DNA of 64,000 nucleotides from a virus. The position numbers and the translations under genes are program-made. Below the pieces are notes generated by a model. It saw only the letters and a list, made by a program, of their open reading frames with translations, did not search any database and was not told where the DNA came from. Position 1 is the stretch's first letter. Every line of letters begins with the position of its first letter. Positions 58,224 through 64,000 of the stretch are shown here, in pieces. The stretch is taken from the IMG/VR virus record IMGVR_UViG_3300021964_000026, positions 1 to 64,000 of that record; one strand, 5' to 3'.

Positions 58224-59387
58224 TCACGACCCCACTATGAAATCAATTGGCATGAAGGTCAATGAGCCTTCGTAAACATTCTCGCCAGCCATGTAGTTGA
58301 ACGACATCGCGACAACTGTTCCGGAGATGCCTGTGAACTTACTTGTCGGGTTGAACTCAACACCGACGGGTTGATTGTTTGCCAACGCGTCTTGTTCGTC
58401 AGCATCCGCGCGCCCTGTGACCATGATGAGATTGCGTTCGGTGTAGTCATCGGAGGCGGCTGTGCTGGTGATGAGTGAGTTGTAAGGGATTTGGATACCC
58501 ACGATGTAGTCAGCCGTTTGTTTGTTTAAGAGACTCGCGTCTGCTTCAAAAATAGGGTCGTCGTCGGGTGTGTTGGCGATGGCTCCCGATGCACCAAGAA
58601 GGCTGGCGTTGCCGACATACGCGATGAGGTCTTGCAACTTATCACCCGCGCTACGGCACGACTTTGCTTGACCGCCAGCGCACACCTCAAACAACGGTGC
58701 TTTTGTAGCCAACCCCTTGCTGAAAAACGGTGTTTCGTTGTTGCCGCCAGCCCCTTTGTCCACTTGAGTGAAAGTGAGTTTTGCGTTGTTGGTCAATTCG
58801 CCGTTGCTGGTGGTGATAGTGAACGCGCTACTGAAAGTTGTGCCTGTGGTGCTGACTTGTCGCGGGCTAAAGTCGGCGGCTTCACATGCGGTCTTGACAG
58901 CCGCCGCCAAGCCATCGTCGGTGGTGATGCCTTGAATGCCAACGGTCACGGTGGGTGGAACATTGATGTCGCTATGGGACGCTGTGCTACTGTCAAATTG
59001 GATTTTGATTGGGTCGCGCGTTGTGTTCTCACCGGTGTAGGTTGATTCAATTGAAAAGGATTGACCGTTGAGGTCGCTCAATGAAACCGATGGACTGCTC
59101 CCACTCAAGTAGGATTGACGCGTTCCTCCGTCGCTGTTTGCTAACGCGCTAAAATCAATTGACGCTTTTGCCGCAACCGACTCAAACTCACTCGCCGCGC
59201 AATCGTCGTCAGCGAGAATGACATTGATTTTGAAGTCAGCCGTGACCATGTTGAGGTCAATACCGTAGCGTTCGCCAAGCACAGGCATTGGCATAACAGG
59301 AACGCTACGCGTGATGTTCATGCTGTAATCGGTCGCATCAACGGTCATGATGGTCCCGTCGTTGCGAATCAACCGTATTTTCGTCAA
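58224..59387 (-). CDS. Putative distal tail protein
   Basis: Immediately downstream of the tape measure gene; beta-rich. Confidence 0.55.
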   Translation of the reverse strand: MTKIRLIRNDGTIMTVDATDYSMNITRSVPVMPMPVLGERYGIDLNMVTADFKINVILADDDCAASEFESVAAKASIDFSALANSDGGTRQSYLSGSSPSVSLSDLNGQSFSIESTYTGENTTRDPIKIQFDSSTASHSDINVPPTVTVGIQGITTDDGLAAAVKTACEAADFSPRQVSTTGTTFSSAFTITTSNGELTNNAKLTFTQVDKGAGGNNETPFFSKGLATKAPLFEVCAGGQAKSCRSAGDKLQDLIAYVGNASLLGASGAIANTPDDDPIFEADASLLNKQTADYIVGIQIPYNSLITSTAASDDYTERNLIMVTGRADADEQDALANNQPVGVEFNPTSKFTGISGTVVAMSFNYMAGENVYEGSLTFMPIDFIVGS

Positions 59388-61087
59388 ACGCCCGACCTCC
59401 TGTTGCCGTGTGAGCGACCGCCGCGAGACATTTCAGCGCGAATAAGGTCGCCAATTTCGCGCGCAAGTTGCTTCTTATCGGTGCGGTCGGTCACGCCACC
59501 GACATTGATGTTGACCGTCATGCCACCACCACCACCCAAACCGATGCCTGTGGGGTTGTTCTTACGGTTGAGAGGCACGACAGCCTCCGGGCCATCCTCA
59601 CCAACCACCGCAAGCGTAGGGCTGGTCACGATGCCGCCTTCCGCGAGCAATGGGATTTTCGGTAAGCCCATTGTGCCGCCACCAAGAATCTCCGGCAGTT
59701 CAAACGAAAACTCTTCCGCGAAGTCGTTGTAAACGCCGATGATGCCGTTGAAAATGTCAAAGAATCCATCCTTTGCGTTGGTCCACATGCGCCCCGGCAA
59801 TTTCATGAAGTAGTCCAAAAGGCTCTCGCCACCATCTATCACATTTTCTTTTAAGGAAGTCAATGGTGTGAGCAACGCGGCAACAAGCCCCCCTACTAAA
59901 CCAACAACGACTCCGAAACCTGCTGTGAGAAGTCCGAACGCTAAGCCGAAAATCGCTTTGATAGTTGACGCGATAAAGGTCACAATTTCCGAACCGAGGA
60001 ACTTGATGAACTCCAACATCCCTGTAAGGAAGAGTGTGAATGTTTCCCAATTGCGAATAATGAAAGCAATGACGAAAAGAACCGCCGCGGTGATGGCCGC
60101 AGGGATAGCCAGCCCTGTTATCAAGAACAAGCCAACAAAGACAGCAAACGCGCCAAGAACACCAATAAGAACGCCTTTGATACCTTCACCAGCACCCATC
60201 GCGTAAGCAACAAGCGCGGCGATGCCACCAACAACAAGTCCAACACCAGCGACAATAGCACCAATGGTTCCTTGAATGGCTACTGCGGTTCCAGCCTTAA
60301 CCGCGGCAACAACTGTTTGAAGCATTAAGAAAGAACCAATGAGCGTCGCCAACACACCAACTGCGCCTACAACCGCGAGAACCACATTGTCAAACTCCGC
60401 GTTGAAAAGACGGTAAGCACCGACGGTGATAACAGCCGCACCAGCCAGCAAACCCATAGTTGCTCCAAGTGCGGCTGACGCAATACCCGCAGTCAACAAA
60501 GCCGCCGCGAGAACATCAAGCGCGGTTGCCAACCCACCCTCATCACCTTCACCTGTGATGACATAGACCAACCCCTGCATCGCATCGTGCAACGGCCCCA
60601 AGTCTTCGGTGTATGTAAGAAGCGGACTATTCGCGCCTTCAAACGCCAGCGATAAAGCGGCAAGCGCGAATCCAACAATGAGGAAAATGCTCACCAGCGA
60701 GAATGCCGACACCATGATGCGACGAAAGAGCGTGTTCTTCTTGTCCAACACCTTGTTGCCGAACTTGACTGCTACACCATGTGCAATGGTTGCCGCGGCC
60801 AATTTTTCCATCACGGTCATGTTGGCTTTCAAATCATCTCGCTGTTTGTCATTGAGGTTGGCAAACAACACGCCGCGTTTGACAACATTCACCATTGATT
60901 CAGCAAACCCTTGCAATTGAAGACGGATGGCGTTGAGTGGTGAGCGTTTTAGCGCGGTCGTGACCTTCTTCTGTTGCTTTTCAAACACGCCCATTTTCTT
61001 TGTCGCGTTCATGTTGAAAACGCCAAACTGTTCAAGCGCGACGGTGAGTTCATCCACTTGGTCTTTCAACTGCTGAATATCACTCAT
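59384..61087 (-). CDS. Tail tape measure protein
   Basis: A/G/L-rich with hydrophobic helices; C-terminal LAEGGIVTSPTLAVVGEDGPEAVVPL; follows the tail chaperone. Confidence 0.85.
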   Translation of the reverse strand: MSDIQQLKDQVDELTVALEQFGVFNMNATKKMGVFEKQQKKVTTALKRSPLNAIRLQLQGFAESMVNVVKRGVLFANLNDKQRDDLKANMTVMEKLAAATIAHGVAVKFGNKVLDKKNTLFRRIMVSAFSLVSIFLIVGFALAALSLAFEGANSPLLTYTEDLGPLHDAMQGLVYVITGEGDEGGLATALDVLAAALLTAGIASAALGATMGLLAGAAVITVGAYRLFNAEFDNVVLAVVGAVGVLATLIGSFLMLQTVVAAVKAGTAVAIQGTIGAIVAGVGLVVGGIAALVAYAMGAGEGIKGVLIGVLGAFAVFVGLFLITGLAIPAAITAAVLFVIAFIIRNWETFTLFLTGMLEFIKFLGSEIVTFIASTIKAIFGLAFGLLTAGFGVVVGLVGGLVAALLTPLTSLKENVIDGGESLLDYFMKLPGRMWTNAKDGFFDIFNGIIGVYNDFAEEFSFELPEILGGGTMGLPKIPLLAEGGIVTSPTLAVVGEDGPEAVVPLNRKNNPTGIGLGGGGGMTVNINVGGVTDRTDKKQLAREIGDLIRAEMSRGGRSHGNRRSGV

Positions 61088-61088
61088 T

Positions 61089-61382
61089 TCACCACCCCTC
61101 GCTGAACGGCATCGGGCCGTGTGTTGAGCCTACGCGTGTTTTGCTTTTTGCTCCATCGGTCGCCTTCTGCATTTCCTCGGCCTTCACGCGTTCCGAAGCA
61201 CTCGCCCAAACAAACGATGTTTCAAACGCGCTGATGCTCATGTCCCACACCTGTTGAATGCTGATTCCATAATGCTTGGCTACGAAATACGCCGCCGCAT
61301 CAAAGTTATGCGACAAGTCGGGCGATGGCTTTCGTAGAAACTGATAGGCTTCTTCTACTCGTCCGCCCCACCCGCTAAAGGG
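61089..61382 (-). CDS. Tail assembly chaperone frameshift extension (gpGT-like)
   Basis: -1 frame entered at slippery C CCT TTA (61382-61376); encodes YFVAKHYGISIQQVWDMS. Confidence 0.75.
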   Translation of the reverse strand, partial: PFSGWGGRVEEAYQFLRKPSPDLSHNFDAAAYFVAKHYGISIQQVWDMSISAFETSFVWASASERVKAEEMQKATDGAKSKTRVGSTHGPMPFSEGW

Positions 61383-61726
61383 TTCGCCAGCAGGTCTTGA
61401 GGTTGGGGCAACAACGCGGTGATTTGGTTCGCGATGAATGGCCGTAGCGACAGCATTTGCGGAATGGTGAGGCGCGGTTCTGTTTTCTCCACAGCCTCGG
61501 CAAACATGTATTTCCAATAGTTGGCGAGGTCAATATCAACCGAGCCAGCCGCGCTTAGGTTCACGAAAGTCTTGATTGCGTCTTGCAACTGCATGAAGGA
61601 GAGTTCCTTCACCCATACTTTCATGACCACTTCGGGGTCATTTTCGTCTGCTTGTATTTCATGCTCAACCGCTTGGCTACTCACCAAGAGGCTCATTGGG
61701 TCTGCTATTTTCGGCATTGTCATCAC
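61355..61726 (-). CDS. Tail assembly chaperone (gpG-like)
   Basis: Lies between tail tube and tape measure; has an in-frame slippery heptamer near its 3' end. Confidence 0.75.
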   Translation of the reverse strand: MMTMPKIADPMSLLVSSQAVEHEIQADENDPEVVMKVWVKELSFMQLQDAIKTFVNLSAAGSVDIDLANYWKYMFAEAVEKTEPRLTIPQMLSLRPFIANQITALLPQPQDLLANPLAGGADE

Positions 61727-62078
61727 TTACTCCCTCATCACTTGTCGCGGCCTCTTTGGAGGGAACGACGGCCTCGGCTTCAACTGCCTCTTTGGAGGGG
61801 GTATCGGCTTCGGTAAGGCGGGTAATGAGTTCCGCCTTTGTGCCTGTGACCGGTAGACCTCGCGCCCGTAGCAGGGCTTTGAGTTCGTCAACAGTCATGG
61901 ACTCGTAATTGGGTTCGTCAACTTCAACGGGTTGTTCTTCCGTCTGTTGCTCTTTGGGGAATGGATTGCCGTCGCTCTTGGCGGCTTCGGGGTTGAACAC
62001 TTCTTCAACGGGTTCAGCAATGAATGCACCTTCTGCAACCGCGCGAATACGCAATGGGCGGTTGCTACCAATGTGCAT
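61677..62078 (-). CDS. SAP-domain acidic protein
   Basis: YESMTVDELKALLRARGLPVTGTKAELITRL. Confidence 0.8.
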   Translation of the reverse strand: MHIGSNRPLRIRAVAEGAFIAEPVEEVFNPEAAKSDGNPFPKEQQTEEQPVEVDEPNYESMTVDELKALLRARGLPVTGTKAELITRLTEADTPSKEAVEAEAVVPSKEAATSDEGVSDDNAENSRPNEPLGE

Positions 62079-62086
62079 GTCGCGAT

Positions 62087-62236
62087 TCAAGCACCACACC
62101 CGCCTTTATCCATGCAGTCGGAACACTTGTTCTTCCCGCAGTTGTCGCAACACTTGCTCGCGCGGCAACCACTTTTGCCGCACTCGTCGCATCCATCACC
62201 TTTCATAATCGTCCAAGCATCGTTCATTGGGTTCAT
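62087..62236 (-). CDS. 49-aa Cys-rich metallothionein-like peptide with leader motif (not in the ORF track)
   Basis: MNPMNDAWTIMKGDGCDECGKSGCRASKCCDNCGKNKCSDCMDKGGCGA (9 Cys); AGGTGA SD. Confidence 0.7.
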   Translation of the reverse strand: MNPMNDAWTIMKGDGCDECGKSGCRASKCCDNCGKNKCSDCMDKGGCGA

Positions 62237-62237
62237 T

Positions 62238-62717
62238 TCATTCACCTAACCGTTGGACTCGTCGCATTGTTGACGCAGACGGCTCAAACACGCTTTGAGG
62301 GTTTTTGTCCATTGGGAATGCTTGACGATAGTCTGCACCTGCTCCCGTTTGTTCTGCTCTTTGAGCCAAACGCTGTTGTTTTGCATCGCGTCTTCGGTCC
62401 ATGAAACGCTGTTTTGGTGGTCGCGAAATCGCTGACTCTTCTTGTCCTGTGTGACCTAACGATTGAAACGAGCGTTCGTCACCGACAGATGGGTGTTGCT
62501 GACGCTCCGGCCTTCCTGCCCTGTATCCGTATTGTCCATAAGTCCGCATGTCTCTTGAAGAAGGATGTGTGTCGCCAGCATTGTAGGTTGCTCCGGGTTG
62601 TTGCACAAACTGTTGAGGTATCGTGCCTCCCGTTCCTAACCGATTCGTTCCTTGCATGTCTGCTTGTTGCTCCGGGTTTGCTTTCAACAATTTCCACGCT
62701 TCATTCATCGGATTCAT
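62238..62717 (-). CDS. Q/R/G-rich low-complexity protein with leader motif
   Basis: Starts MNPMNEAWKLLKA after a GAGGTGA SD. Confidence 0.75.
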   Translation of the reverse strand: MNPMNEAWKLLKANPEQQADMQGTNRLGTGGTIPQQFVQQPGATYNAGDTHPSSRDMRTYGQYGYRAGRPERQQHPSVGDERSFQSLGHTGQEESAISRPPKQRFMDRRRDAKQQRLAQRAEQTGAGADYRQAFPMDKNPQSVFEPSASTMRRVQRLGE

Positions 62718-62727
62718 TCTGTTCACC

Positions 62728-64000
62728 TCACATATGCAAGAAAGCATCGCGCGAAATCACGCGCACATGCTTCGGCATGATTTTCAATTCACTCTTGATA
62801 ACACCCTTGTCTTCGGGGATGGGGAGGGGAGCCTCCGTGATAATGTAGTCGTCAACAACAATAATGACCTCTTCGCGGTTTGCACCAGCACCAGCCTTCG
62901 TCAGCGTGAGTGTGATAGGTTCGGTGAAGTCATGTGTTCGGTTGGTTCGGAACTCGTGCCAAATCAACGGGTCGCTGGCGATGACGGTCATGGACAATTC
63001 GTATTCCATCGTCTTTTCAATCATGAGGTTGGCGTTGCGCGAACCACCGAAGGGGATTTGCTCAAGCGAATCGCCAGCCGTGTTGCGGTCTTCGGCTTGG
63101 CTGTTGCCGCGAATGGTGTAGATGGCTTCGGTGTTGTTGTTGCCGCTCAAAGCAAAGTTTGTGACTTGCGCGATGTTGACACCAAATGAACTGATTTGTC
63201 CGTTGTAGAAGAAGAAGGGCTTCTCGGTGTTTGGCGCGATGCCAGCCTTCTTTCGGTTGATTGTGCTATTTCCGACATTCTCAAACATGCGGTGCGCGGT
63301 GTAGCGGTCGCCTTTGTTGGAGTTCTCAAGACGACCGGTGTCGGTGTAGCAGTAGAGCGCGTCAAAGTTGATGCTCAATTTTACTTCTGCATCTGCGTCA
63401 GCCGCGAGTGAGAAGTCCTTTACTTTGCATCCTTTCCAAACGCGCGTAAGTTGTTTGCTGTCCGATGCGGAACCGGGTGCGGCTTCGTTCGCTAATGCAT
63501 CCGATGTGTTAGCGTTGTAAGAACCGGTGTTGCGAGTGCGAATGCTTGATTCAAGAGCAAAAGTGGGGAGTGTAGCACCGGAGAAAAGCAGTCGCGATTG
63601 ACGGTTGGTGATGGTTCCGTAGGTGGCCGCGTCGGTGTCAAAGTGCGGCGAACCGTTGGATGAAGCGGCATCATACTTCAAACGCTTGATGGTGTAGTTG
63701 CCGAGCGCGTGACTGAAATAGAATGGTTCGTCAACATGGATTCTGCGCTCGGAGAGCGTCTCGTCAACATACAACACTTGGCGGATTTCGTTTCGCTCGG
63801 CATTCTCCATTGTGATTCCTGTGCCGTCCGCACCCCATGTTGCGCCGGAGGCGGCGGCGGGAGTGTCCTTTGGGAAGGCAACCGTTGTGCCGTCCGCGAT
63901 GATGATGTAATCACCGGGGTCCGGCTTTCCGGTCATGGTTCCTGTGAAAGCGACATAGGTATCGCCAGCGGCGATGTCCTTCTTGGTATGACCGCTGGGG
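62728..64000 (-). CDS. Major tail tube protein, 5'-truncated by the window edge
   Basis: Frame is open to the window end; LPTFALE...RVWKGCKVKDFSL...VTNFALSGNNN is tube-like; lies upstream of chaperone and tape measure. Confidence 0.7.
   Translation of the reverse strand, partial: PSGHTKKDIAAGDTYVAFTGTMTGKPDPGDYIIIADGTTVAFPKDTPAAASGATWGADGTGITMENAERNEIRQVLYVDETLSERRIHVDEPFYFSHALGNYTIKRLKYDAASSNGSPHFDTDAATYGTITNRQSRLLFSGATLPTFALESSIRTRNTGSYNANTSDALANEAAPGSASDSKQLTRVWKGCKVKDFSLAADADAEVKLSINFDALYCYTDTGRLENSNKGDRYTAHRMFENVGNSTINRKKAGIAPNTEKPFFFYNGQISSFGVNIAQVTNFALSGNNNTEAIYTIRGNSQAEDRNTAGDSLEQIPFGGSRNANLMIEKTMEYELSMTVIASDPLIWHEFRTNRTHDFTEPITLTLTKAGAGANREEVIIVVDDYIITEAPLPIPEDKGVIKSELKIMPKHVRVISRDAFLHM

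Noticed and set aside
61383-61517. N-terminal part of the 142-aa ORF 61089-61517 as an independent gene
   Set aside because: It overlaps the chaperone in another frame and is better explained as the -1 frameshift extension starting at 61382.
1-64000. tRNA/rRNA genes, integrase, transposase, reverse transcriptase/DGR, capsid/portal/terminase
   Set aside because: None recognised by eye. Head genes probably lie beyond the right edge. tRNAscan was not run, so a tRNA in the gaps is not formally excluded.

Overview
A 64-kb internal segment of a tailed dsDNA archaeal virus. The gene set (PolB, PriS-PriL primase, RFC, PCNA-like clamp, ERCC4 nuclease, group II chaperonin, GGTGA-type Shine-Dalgarno sites, siphovirus-like tail) most resembles viruses of Marine Group II Euryarchaeota/Poseidoniales ('magroviruses'); this assignment is an inference. 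There are two convergent arms. The + strand arm (1-35355) has ~35 mostly small early/accessory genes (SF2 and SNF2 helicases, DUF932, two DenV-like glycosylases, an ART-like protein, many Zn fingers) followed by a replication module and a thermosome. The - strand arm (35357-64000) is a tail module: tube, tail assembly chaperone with a -1 slippery site, tape measure, a 5109-aa giant protein and a fibre, plus candidate virion-internal proteins. The most unusual observations are: (1) a PM(N/D)xAWxLLK-(A/G) peptide shared by unrelated late proteins, one of which looks like a KAP-punctuated polyprotein, suggesting a capsid-targeting/cleavage system; (2) an LDIGDITID repeat shared by three unrelated early proteins; (3) near-identical SD+ATGA gene junctions that may act as cassette-shuffling sites; (4) two 3' UTRs, each with an H-type pseudoknot 43-44 nt after the stop, one followed by a dense hairpin array; (5) an unannotated 41-aa C3HC4 RING microprotein coupled to the SNF2 helicase; (6) a DNA ligase homologue lacking the catalytic lysine and a primase fused to a nuclease-like domain. 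All calls are by eye from motifs; no database searches were run.
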